A DNA stretch of 22,219 nt from the IMG/VR virus record IMGVR_UViG_2681813227_000011; one strand, written 5' to 3'. Shown here in pieces: positions 1-7,203 of this stretch; position 1 is the stretch's first letter; each line of letters starts with the position of its first letter. Source of the stretch: a virus. Taxonomy: Duplodnaviria > Heunggongvirae > Uroviricota > Caudoviricetes. The position numbers were made by a program, and so were the translations under genes. Under the pieces are notes generated by a model. The model searched no databases, was not told the DNA's origin, and worked only from the letters and a program-made list of their open reading frames with translations.

Positions 1-131
1 GTGCAGCATCTTGCAGAGCATGGCATTAATACATCTAAGCGCTCGTGATTATAATATAATTACCTATATTAGCTCTGACCTGACAGTTACCGTTATTTAT
101 ACAGATATCTGTCAGATTACATCTAACCAAC

Positions 132-159
132 AAAAAACCGGAGCCGGACTCCGGTTTTT
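132..159 (-). terminator. Rho-independent terminator (bidirectional-looking hairpin)
   Basis: AAAAAA-CCGGAG-ccgga-CTCCGG-TTTTT: 6-bp GC-rich stem flanked by an A-run and a T-run, immediately downstream of the minus-strand ORF ending at 174. Confidence 0.6.
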
Positions 160-173
160 GTGAATCCGTCGGG

Positions 174-443
174 TTACTTCATCCCGCCAATATTTTCCCA
201 CGTCCCGTCAGCACGCAGGATTTGCAGCGGTCTTACCACACACTGTATCTGCTTTTTATCCGCATCCAGTATCACCACCTGCGTGATTACCCTGTCCTGC
301 TCCGGGATAATGCCATTCTCATCTGACTCCAGAATGTCTGCCGGTCCCAGTCGCAGCTGTGCTGTAAGTAACTCCCCGTGTTCACGGTCATCATGCTTTC
401 CGCAACCACACAGACGCTGCATAAGTTTTTTTAGTATGTTCAT
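174..443 (-). CDS. Small hypothetical protein (~89 aa from MNILKK), paralogous to the C-terminal domain of the upstream collagen-repeat protein
   Basis: ATG lies 1 nt after the stop of ORF 445..975 (TGAcATG). Its RLGPADILESDENGIIPEQD...LD...LQILRADGTW aligns with [20 protein letters not shown]...LD...[10 protein letters not shown] of the upstream protein. The longer track ORF 174..575 probably overextends the N-terminus. Confidence 0.35.
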   Translation of the reverse strand: MNILKKLMQRLCGCGKHDDREHGELLTAQLRLGPADILESDENGIIPEQDRVITQVVILDADKKQIQCVVRPLQILRADGTWENIGGMK

Positions 444-444
444 G

Positions 445-879
445 TCATTCTCCTGTTCTGCCTGTATCACTGCCCACTTCATCCAGCCCCTTAACATCCT
501 GCCACGGCCCGTCACCAAACCTGACCTGCAAATGCCGAAACAGCCCCTGAACCTGTGTGGCATCTTTGGGGTCAAGAAAGGTCAGTCCGGTGATGAGCGC
601 ACCATCTGTATCCGGGAACCAGCCATGGCTGTTTGTCTCAATAATGCTCGCCGGCCCCAGACGAAAACGGATTTGTGTCTCCCCCGGGTCGCCCTTCGGT
701 CCCTGAGGTCCGGTTGCCCCCACCGGGCCAGCCGCACCTGTTTCTCCTTTCGGTCCCTGTGGGCCTGCCGGGCCTGCCGGGCCTGCCGGGCCTGCCGCAC
801 CGGTATCTCCCTTTGGACCCTGTGGACCTGCATTTCCCGTATAGCGCGGCGATTTTTTTGATACCGATTTGCATTTCAT
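445..879 (-). CDS. Collagen-like (Gly-X-Y) repeat protein, phage tail-fibre-like; possibly 5'-truncated
   Basis: About 20 uninterrupted G-X-Y triplets ([53 protein letters not shown]) followed by a ~70-aa globular C-terminus. The track ORF opens at 975, but 880..975 overlaps the direct-repeat region; start is uncertain (ATG near 879). Confidence 0.5.
   Translation of the reverse strand: MKCKSVSKKSPRYTGNAGPQGPKGDTGAAGPAGPAGPAGPQGPKGETGAAGPVGATGPQGPKGDPGETQIRFRLGPASIIETNSHGWFPDTDGALITGLTFLDPKDATQVQGLFRHLQVRFGDGPWQDVKGLDEVGSDTGRTGE
762..797. repeat. Perfect 9-bp tandem repeat (GGGCCTGCC x4), in frame within the collagen-like gene
   Basis: Direct reading of gggcctgccgggcctgccgggcctgccgggcctgcc; encodes (AGP)n on the minus strand. 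Confidence 0.8.
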
Positions 880-925
880 TTGATACCGCTGAAAAACGCC
901 GATACGCAACTTATTTGATACTAAA
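855..925. repeat. Direct repeats of TTTGATAC(CG) (3 copies) in the gap between mom and the collagen-like gene; candidate prophage right-end or transposase-binding repeats
   Basis: TTTGATACCG at ~857 and ~879, TTTGATAC at ~914, plus CGATAC at ~900. Function inferred from position only. Confidence 0.3.
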
Positions 926-967
926 TCGGCGCTTTTCTTTTGAGTTTTAGAATGAGTTTTTAAGCGC

Positions 968-1705
968 TCATTCACTCTCTTTCAAACCAGTTTTAACTGT
1001 TTGTGGTTTTGGGTAAGGCTGGACTTTGAATAGCTTTGTGTTGAGGCGTTTTCTGGCCCTCTTGTTCAGAAACCGGATGTAACGAAACTGTCGGAACTTA
1101 TGAACACTGGCTCTGTCAATATTAGCCCTCAGATGTTCACCTCGTTGTCCGCCTCGTTTAATGGCATTCCTGCAAATCTCGTGATACCACTCGCCATCAA
1201 GTTCATAGAATATTGATTCATGGCTGCCTACATAATCAAAATTGCTTGCCTGATACACGACACCAAGACAGCCACAACGCTCATCTGCAAACGACTGAAC
1301 CCACTGTACCTGCGGATAAAGCTGCCTGATTAGCTTGAGCGCGTAACTGATTGCCCTTGATTCGGAGTTTCTCGGCATACAGTCATGCAGCCATAGCCGG
1401 TTAAGCTCCATATATTCTCGGTTCTGCGTACCCGTTACGACGCGTGCACCACTGTTTGGGTTAAGGGCGTAACCCCATTGCATTACGCCAACAAGTTCCC
1501 GTCCTGAAAATATGCCCAGATGAAGGTAGGAGTTATTTACGAAACGGTGGCTGTAATGTTTATTGACGATGACCAGTCTGGCCAGCCAGCAACTTATTGT
1601 CTCAACCCGCAACTCACGGGAGCCATAACCAACGATATTGTCGTTATAGCGAATAAGTTCAGGCGTGCTGATGATACGGGATGTGACTTGCTTTCTGTTC
1701 CCCAC
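968..1705 (-). CDS. mom: Mom-like DNA modification protein (anti-restriction adenine modification)
   Basis: ~230-245 aa ORF immediately downstream of and overlapping a Com-like zinc-finger ORF, positioned after the invertase as in phage Mu. Identity rests on synteny; exact start is uncertain. Confidence 0.55.
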   Translation of the reverse strand: MGNRKQVTSRIISTPELIRYNDNIVGYGSRELRVETISCWLARLVIVNKHYSHRFVNNSYLHLGIFSGRELVGVMQWGYALNPNSGARVVTGTQNREYMELNRLWLHDCMPRNSESRAISYALKLIRQLYPQVQWVQSFADERCGCLGVVYQASNFDYVGSHESIFYELDGEWYHEICRNAIKRGGQRGEHLRANIDRASVHKFRQFRYIRFLNKRARKRLNTKLFKVQPYPKPQTVKTGLKESE

Positions 1706-1859
1706 GACAGGATTTCCTTGTGTATGTGGGGTGCTCTGTGGCGCTCGGAGATGTGATTTGATTGAGGGTTTTACAGCGCGGACATTTTACTTCCAGATAA
1801 CTGAAACTGGCCCGTGCCAGTAGCTTATTGCAGTGTCGGCACCGTATGTTTCGATACAT
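1659..1859 (-). CDS. com: Com-like zinc-finger translational activator of mom (start at internal MYRNIRC)
   Basis: [30 protein letters not shown]: CxxC-16-CxxC zinc finger in a ~66-aa protein resembling Mu Com as I recall it; its 3' end overlaps the mom start. Confidence 0.6.
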   Translation of the reverse strand: MYRNIRCRHCNKLLARASFSYLEVKCPRCKTLNQITSPSATEHPTYTRKSCRGEQKASHIPYHQHA

Positions 1860-1904
1860 GGCCGCATAACCTCCTGCTTTGTTGTTGATGCCTTTTTCAT
1901 GCAA

Positions 1905-2082
1905 TCGATCGACAAAAACGATCGATTCGATTTGTTTAATTGATACAACAAATAGATTTAAAAGTCATCAACAATGATTCAGGGCGGTGATTATTTACTT
2001 AAAGAAAACGAAGACTTAGGTGGTGAAAACGATCATAAAATGATCATTTTATTGACTTTTTATCCAGTGAAGGTAGGATCGC
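1905..2082 (-). promoter_or_regulatory. Candidate com-mom promoter/regulatory region with clustered GATC (Dam) sites and a perfect 18-bp palindrome
   Basis: GATC at ~1907, 1920, 2031, 2042 and 2077 (5 in ~175 bp). ATAAAATGATCATTTTAT at ~2035-2052 is a perfect palindrome centred on a GATC. The region is AT-rich and lies upstream of com. Confidence 0.4.
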
Positions 2083-2345
2083 GCGTATATGTAGTATGTT
2101 TCAAATCAACAGGATACTACATAAAAGGGAAACCCAGCATAGCTGGAACTATGCTGGGCCGATTTAGACAAGTTTGCATCAATGCTTTACTTCGGGACTA
2201 CATAAATGGCGACTCAGATAGCGCGAACTATTCTGGGTCAATCTGTAAAAACTTGCATCAATGCTTCACTCTGAGCTCGTGGTGTATCCTATGATATTCC
2301 CCGGTCTCCTGTAAAGCAGAGATGCATCTGTTCAGGCAGGAGAAA

Positions 2346-2552
2346 ATGGATAAACTGACCACCGACCAAAAGTTACAGGCTGCGCGAATTGCAGCTGATA
2401 TCACAATTGCAGCAATGACATCCACCAGTTGTGTCTTTACCTCTTTTCATACAGCCGGTGATTCATCAGCTATGCAATTATGGAACGCGTGCTTTTCTGA
2501 TGTAATTCGGGCAATCAGCGAGTCAACTGACCCTCACGAACCGCAAAAATAG
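2346..2552 (+). CDS. Hypothetical small protein (68 aa from MDKLTTDQ)
   Basis: AGGAG Shine-Dalgarno 4-5 nt upstream of the ATG at ~2346; a hydrophobic stretch (IAADITIAAMTST). Converges on and overlaps the next ORF. Confidence 0.3.
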   Translation: MDKLTTDQKLQAARIAADITIAAMTSTSCVFTSFHTAGDSSAMQLWNACFSDVIRAISESTDPHEPQK

Positions 2553-2715
2553 CGCATCTTGGGGTACACAGGATCTGCATCGCTATCCACATTGCAGTGG
2601 TGAAGTTTCTATCCTGTAATGTATTTTCATCAAGTCCTGAACGTAGCGCATTGATAATTTCTGCGCTTAATATTTCCAGACCTTTGGTATCGGGCTGCTT
2701 TTTGTTCTTCTCCAT
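2515..2715 (-). CDS. Hypothetical small protein (66 aa)
   Basis: GAGG Shine-Dalgarno ~8 nt upstream of the ATG (agaggaaataatcATG). No recognisable family. Confidence 0.4.
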   Translation of the reverse strand: MEKNKKQPDTKGLEILSAEIINALRSGLDENTLQDRNFTTAMWIAMQILCTPRCAIFAVREGQLTR

Positions 2716-2789
2716 GATTATTTCCTCTGACTGGTATATACATCGCTCATGAAAATCAAACCGACAGGAGAAGCTGTCGGTTTGTATTG

Positions 2790-3035
2790 TTACATCATGG
2801 CACTGTCAGTTCCGGGCTGAACCGGCTCTGGTTGCTCTACGGGCTGAGGCTCATTCTCCGTGCTGTTTTCAGCCGGAGAATGGCCAACCATTCGGGCCAG
2901 CACTTCATCAACATATGCGTCGATTTGTGCCTCAAAATCCTTGCGAACCTGCGCCTTCAGCACGCGGTTCACTTCTTCAGAATAAAGTGCCTGTTTGACA
3001 AGCTCTTCAGTAACCGTGCCTTTAATCTCTGGCAT
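2790..3035 (-). CDS. Hypothetical acidic small protein (81 aa from MPEIKGTV)
   Basis: Strong Shine-Dalgarno (aaaaGGAGaatattcATG) at the internal start; the longer track ORF 2790..3146 is probably overextended. Acidic Pro/Glu-rich C-terminus. Confidence 0.45.
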   Translation of the reverse strand: MPEIKGTVTEELVKQALYSEEVNRVLKAQVRKDFEAQIDAYVDEVLARMVGHSPAENSTENEPQPVEQPEPVQPGTDSAMM

Positions 3036-3252
3036 GAATATTCTCCTTTTGCAGGTATATTGCCCCGTTATCAGAGCGGGTCGGGTCGTTTGGGGATGAC
3101 GGTGCCTGTGCTGTTTTACTGAGTTTTTCAGCTGCCGCATCATCAATTTTACGGCGAATATAATTTCTGATGACCTTATAACCGCCGCTCACCAGATATA
3201 ACGCACTGACCACAGCGCAGAAATAAAGCAGCATTGTATGAACGAATGTCAT
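3022..3252 (-). CDS. Hypothetical small membrane protein (76 aa, one predicted N-terminal transmembrane helix)
   Basis: LLYFCAVVSALYLVSGGY hydrophobic helix followed by a basic stretch; its stop overlaps the start of the next ORF by ~14 nt, suggesting a two-gene operon. Confidence 0.45.
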   Translation of the reverse strand: MTFVHTMLLYFCAVVSALYLVSGGYKVIRNYIRRKIDDAAAEKLSKTAQAPSSPNDPTRSDNGAIYLQKENIHARD

Positions 3253-3366
3253 ATAACCTTACCTTTGATATTGACTACATAATTCGTTATCGGGTAAAAA
3301 CATCGAAGCGACTGATAACCACTCCTTCGGGAGTATTTTTATTTTCCTTTATGGGTTAGGTAGCTC

Positions 3367-3400
3367 CCGCCAGCCATATCATGACCGGCGGGATTTTTTT
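3367..3400 (+). terminator. Hairpin plus T-run (terminator-like in plus-strand polarity)
   Basis: CCCGCC-N15-GGCGGG followed by TTTTTTT, at the 3' end of the esterase gene. Polarity is opposite to the surrounding genes, so its role is unclear. Confidence 0.3.
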
Positions 3401-5438
3401 ATTCTGTTACCGCTTTTTTCACTTCCACCACAATGCTGTCAATCAGCACCGGGTAAGTTGCATTTTTGGTGATATCCGTTACGCGGAGTTTGTCCACCGG
3501 GAAAGTTCCTACTGGTGACTGCGTCAGGGTAAACGCGGCACCATCCTGACCATCAATAACCGGAATAACCTGAAGGCTGTTATTTCCTGCAAAACGGAAG
3601 GCCAGCGTATGCCATTCATTATCAAATGCACCAAAGGTTCCCAGTTTCTGGTTATTTGTTGCCACTTTTGCATTGTGGTACATCACATTCAGGTCTTTTG
3701 CGTCTGTCTGGATGTAGAACGATGCCAGCAGATTATTCCCTGCATCCCCTGTCAGGGTGACACCCTGCGGCAGAGAGGAAACCGGCCAGTAAAGCGCCAT
3801 GACATACTGGTTTGCCACCAGGTCGCCCGGTACTTTAAAACGACAACTGATTAAACCACCATTTTTCAGCAGTTCAGCACCAGTACCGGCATCATGATCC
3901 AGATACCAGGATGATTTACCTGTTTCCTTGGTCAGTTTCATTGCCTTACCACCTGTGCCTCCTGCATCACTGATAATTTCAGCTTTACCGCCAGCCGGCT
4001 CCCAGCCCTGGGCTTTCAGATTTCCTTCTGACTCACTGACACGGTAAGACAGCAGTGTTGTGGTTACTGCTTCAGTTTCTGAAGGTGACGGCACTGGTGC
4101 TTCAGTTTCAGAAGATGGAACATCGGCTTTTACTGTGGTTCGCCCCGCATGAGTCAGAACTGCCGTGGCCAGACGGTCGGAAATAATCCCACGACGTGCC
4201 CATGAACTGAAATGGCTGGCCCGGTCCGCAGATGTCCAGGTGGCGGCACTGTTACGCCACGTTGAGCCGTAATAACCAATGGATTCAATATCCGGGTCTT
4301 CTGCCGGATTGTTGGTGGGTACATTCGCGCCATTTTCATCTGTCATTAATGGGACGAAATGAATGTTTTTATCTGTTTTATTTTTGTAGCCGTCATAGAT
4401 TGCCTGGTATGCCTGTTCGTTTTTCTGTTTCCAGAAATACGTGGTATCACCACAAATCCACGGAACGCCAGCAGCACTGCCACCGGTACACTGTTCCGCC
4501 TGTTCAGCCAGGTCTGCGCGGAATTTTTCCACCATCGCCAGAAACAGCGCAGAATGCTCCGTCGGCTTCGCATCAATATCAAACTCGCCCTGCATCCACA
4601 CCACAGCAAGCAGGCGGTTTTTCGGGTTCTTCGCCAGTGCCGCTTTTGTCCGGCTGATTAAGTCCTTATACAGCGGCTTATCCACACCCCAGCGGGCTGA
4701 GTCCTCTGAAGCACCCGTGCTGTCACTGTACGTGCCGTCAGCACCCGCCGTGAATGCAGAACCACCACGGCAGCAGGGAACCAGCAGAATCCCCGCATCT
4801 GCCGGAATAAACGGCAGCAGTTTTTTGGCAATGTGAAGCCCCTGACCCACGGTGCCATATTGCCCTTTAGCCACATCCGCTTTCGGGTGATTTTTTCCAC
4901 TCATATCCTGCACATCATGCAGACAGTGGTCGGCCAGAATGATGTCGTTATACTGACAGGCTTTACCTCCCGGCGTGACTGTACTGCGACGGGCTAACTG
5001 CATAATACGCGGTTCGGGGCGGTCATATGTCTCCGGCAGTGGCAGACCTTCACCGTAAGCCATACCGTTTGACTGACCAGCAAGAACCACCACGTAATAC
5101 CAGGAAGGGGAGCTGGAAGCAGTTTCATTTCCTGACGGACGGGTATGTGTTTCAGCATTATCCCAGTCTGACGGTTCAGCAGTACCGGCAACATCAGCAC
5201 TTAACGGAATGACCGCACCAATACCCGCTCCGGTAATTTCCACACTCGGATCACCGGATACTGGCCTTACCCACAGGCAATCCCGGGTATTAAAACTGAT
5301 GAGACAGTCAGCAAATGTCATTCCTCCTTTTGTTTCGGCCGGAGGAAAGGGAGCCTCAAGAAATGCCGCTGTACCACCGGAAACTTTAACAGTAAAGTTT
5401 CCGGGCATTGATGATAGTTGAACCCATTTGGACGTCAT
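3399..5438 (-). CDS. Prophage-type sialate O-acetylesterase (NanS-p-like): SASA/SGNH esterase domain plus C-terminal lectin-like domain
   Basis: VVVLAGQSNGMAYGEG matches the GQSN(M) catalytic-serine block of the sialate O-acetylesterase family. A Thr/Glu/Pro/Ser-rich linker and a ~200-aa C-terminal domain follow. 679 aa. Confidence 0.7.
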   Translation of the reverse strand: MTSKWVQLSSMPGNFTVKVSGGTAAFLEAPFPPAETKGGMTFADCLISFNTRDCLWVRPVSGDPSVEITGAGIGAVIPLSADVAGTAEPSDWDNAETHTRPSGNETASSSPSWYYVVVLAGQSNGMAYGEGLPLPETYDRPEPRIMQLARRSTVTPGGKACQYNDIILADHCLHDVQDMSGKNHPKADVAKGQYGTVGQGLHIAKKLLPFIPADAGILLVPCCRGGSAFTAGADGTYSDSTGASEDSARWGVDKPLYKDLISRTKAALAKNPKNRLLAVVWMQGEFDIDAKPTEHSALFLAMVEKFRADLAEQAEQCTGGSAAGVPWICGDTTYFWKQKNEQAYQAIYDGYKNKTDKNIHFVPLMTDENGANVPTNNPAEDPDIESIGYYGSTWRNSAATWTSADRASHFSSWARRGIISDRLATAVLTHAGRTTVKADVPSSETEAPVPSPSETEAVTTTLLSYRVSESEGNLKAQGWEPAGGKAEIISDAGGTGGKAMKLTKETGKSSWYLDHDAGTGAELLKNGGLISCRFKVPGDLVANQYVMALYWPVSSLPQGVTLTGDAGNNLLASFYIQTDAKDLNVMYHNAKVATNNQKLGTFGAFDNEWHTLAFRFAGNNSLQVIPVIDGQDGAAFTLTQSPVGTFPVDKLRVTDITKNATYPVLIDSIVVEVKKAVTE

Positions 5439-5537
5439 AATAATCAGCCTGTTCCTGAATAAACTGAATTATCATATCCACAGACCGATAAACGCCATTT
5501 TGCGTTAATTCAGTAAAGGCCCAACAAAGAGAGCGTC

Positions 5538-6098
5538 TTATTTTTCCGAAACGCTCGCAGGATAATAACGATAAAGGGTTGAAAGACCGATATCAAAAAT
5601 AAGTGCCACCTGTCTTCGACTGACACCCCCGGCCAGTAAACGCCCGACCTGCTCGTATTGTTCCTGCGTGAGACGGCGGGGTCTGCCGCCGGTTCGTCCC
5701 CTTTCACGGGCAGCTGCAAGACCAGCCCGTGTCCGTTCGACAATTAATTCACGCTCCATTTCTGCCAGCGCACCCATTATGTGAAAAAAGAAGCGCCCCA
5801 TGGGGGTTGACGTATCAATGTTGTCAGTAAGACTACGAAAATTTATCCCCTGTTGCTGTAATTCATCTGTCAGCGCAACAAGGTGGCGCATACTGCGCCC
5901 CAGCCTGTCCAGTTTCCAGACCATCAGCGTGTCACCGGGTTTTAGTTTCTTCAGTGCCCGCTTCAGTCCCGGCCGCTGTGTCGTTTTACCACTCATTTTG
6001 TCTTCAAAAATCTGCTCACATCCTGCACATTCCAGCGCATTTCTTTGTAAACCGGTGTTCTGGTCATTTGTTGATACGCGTATATAGCCAATCAGCAT
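5538..6098 (-). CDS. gin: Serine DNA invertase, Gin/Pin/Cin/Hin family
   Basis: N-terminus MLIGYIRVSTNDQNTGLQ (catalytic Ser in the resolvase/invertase motif), C-terminal helix-turn-helix, 186 aa, adjacent to an invertible tail-fibre segment. Confidence 0.9.
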   Translation of the reverse strand: MLIGYIRVSTNDQNTGLQRNALECAGCEQIFEDKMSGKTTQRPGLKRALKKLKPGDTLMVWKLDRLGRSMRHLVALTDELQQQGINFRSLTDNIDTSTPMGRFFFHIMGALAEMERELIVERTRAGLAAARERGRTGGRPRRLTQEQYEQVGRLLAGGVSRRQVALIFDIGLSTLYRYYPASVSEK

Positions 6099-6152
6099 GT
6101 ATTTACCTTCCTTAAAAAGAGGTGGAAAAGCCTTTTAAAGCAGATATACGGC

Positions 6153-6178
6153 ATCCCTGAAACCTCGGTTTACGGGAT
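6153..6178. other. gix-like recombination site (left, invertase-proximal)
   Basis: ATCCCTGAAACCTCGGTTTACGGGAT: inverted counterpart of the site at 7579..7604 with central AAACC-TC-GGTTT. It is ~55 bp upstream of the invertase start and directly follows an in-frame stop. Confidence 0.65.
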
Positions 6179-6532
6179 ACGGTAAACAGGGCCGCGAATG
6201 CCCTGCCATCAAACGGTACGGCTGTTGCAGCAAGCAGGCTGGCAAATGCCCGCAGAATCAATGGTGTCGCCTTTGACGGCACGCAGGATATAAACATTAC
6301 GTCAGGAATGCCGGAATCAACGGCCAATCAGCGTTATGTTACAGGGGTAAGACTGGGAGCGCAGGCATTAAGCGGCGGACTGGAATATAATTACTCCCTG
6401 TCATCAGGAAATGTGATTACCGGTTTTAAGACTGACGGAGACTGGGAAATGCGTGGTGGTGATGACCGTGTTTATTACAGACAGATACAATATTGTATTA
6501 ATGGGCATTGGGTATCCGCTGCAAGTATTTAA
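6161..6532 (+). CDS. Silent alternative tail-fibre C-terminal cassette (Sv'-like; no start of its own in this orientation)
   Basis: Plus-strand frame translates to NLGLRDTVNRAANALPS...RYVTGVRLGAQ...YYRQIQYCINGHWVSAASI, parallel to the C-terminal 127 aa of the expressed fibre (NLGLRETVNKAADALPS...RYVQNVQLGAQ...YYRPVQIYINNAWRTVSSV). A TGA sits immediately upstream. Confidence 0.7.
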   Translation, partial: NLGLRDTVNRAANALPSNGTAVAASRLANARRINGVAFDGTQDINITSGMPESTANQRYVTGVRLGAQALSGGLEYNYSLSSGNVITGFKTDGDWEMRGGDDRVYYRQIQYCINGHWVSAASI

Positions 6533-6653
6533 TTAACGGGGGCATAGCACACAGCAGCCAGCATCTGAAATATGCGTTATTTCAGACAAGCATTGCCTGT
6601 ATATGGCGATAGTATTATTCCTGTTTTTATCATTGATTTACATGGTGATGTTT

Positions 6654-7175
6654 ATGCAACTGATTAATGTCAAACGATATTACCCGAAAGACAAACCCTA
6701 TGGTGAGGATGTTCAGTATTTCCAGAGTGAGGACGGAAGGGATTTTTATGAATCTATCCCGCTTTTTACAAAGAAATACAAACTCTGTATTTCGCCTGTA
6801 ACGGGTATTATCTGCTCTGTTGCTGAAGATGTCTCTGCTTTATATCCGGCAGGTTTTACTGTTGTTGAAGTGGACGAACTGCCGGAAGGTGTGAATATTG
6901 ACGGTAACTGGCAGTTTTCTGATGGCCTGATATCAAAGGTGCCGGTAAACTGGAAGACGGTTGCTGAAAAGCGTCGCTCATCGCTGCTCCAGGAAGCCAA
7001 CGAAACCGTGGATGACTGGAAAACAGAATTAAAACTGGACATGATTAGCGATGAAAATAAATTACAGCTGACGCGCTGGATGGCGTATATCCGACAGCTT
7101 AAAGAAATGCACTTTAATGATATTGCCAGTGAGGGGCATTACCAGGCGATTCCCTGGCCGGAAAAACCGGAATAA
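6654..7175 (+). CDS. Tail-fibre assembly protein (Mu U / lambda Tfa family), co-oriented with the silent cassette
   Basis: ~174 aa from MQLINVKRYYP. The C-terminus LTRWMAYIRQLKEMHF...AIPWPEKPE follows the Tfa pattern as I recall lambda Tfa. The track start at 6603 adds an implausible hydrophobic leader. Confidence 0.7.
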   Translation: MQLINVKRYYPKDKPYGEDVQYFQSEDGRDFYESIPLFTKKYKLCISPVTGIICSVAEDVSALYPAGFTVVEVDELPEGVNIDGNWQFSDGLISKVPVNWKTVAEKRRSSLLQEANETVDDWKTELKLDMISDENKLQLTRWMAYIRQLKEMHFNDIASEGHYQAIPWPEKPE

Positions 7176-7180
7176 TTCAG

Positions 7181-7203
7181 AGGGTGCATTCAGCACCCTT
7201 TTC
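7181..7203 (+). terminator. Hairpin plus T-run between the convergent Tfa and tail-fibre genes
   Basis: AGGGTGC-attca-GCACCCT-TTTT in the 34-bp gap between the Tfa stop (7175) and the tail-fibre stop (7210). Confidence 0.5.

Noticed and set aside
762-797. Possible CRISPR array
   Set aside because: The repeat is 9 bp, perfectly tandem with no spacers, and in frame within a coding sequence. No CRISPR-like repeat-spacer structure occurs anywhere in the window.
160-861. 233-aa plus-strand ORF
   Set aside because: Antisense shadow of the collagen-like gene pair: Cys/Ser/Arg-rich low-complexity translation, no ribosome-binding site, and it spans the terminator-proximal region.
1974-2294. 106-aa plus-strand ORF upstream of com
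   Set aside because: Lies across the AT-rich, GATC-rich putative com-mom regulatory region with no convincing ribosome-binding site; more likely non-coding. Kept only as a caveat.
3399-5438. Lambdoid (Stx-type) prophage identity for the whole window
   Set aside because: A NanS-p-like esterase is typical of lambdoid prophages, but the surrounding morphogenesis genes (sheath, tube, baseplate, DNA-circulation protein, G/I/T head genes, invertible segment, com-mom) are Mu-type. The esterase is better explained as acquired cargo.
6112-6327. 71-aa minus-strand ORF and its mirror image at 7457..7654 (plus)
   Set aside because: These two similar ORFs are the antisense frames of the inverted-repeat arms of the invertible segment. 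Their similarity is a consequence of the repeat, not evidence of coding.
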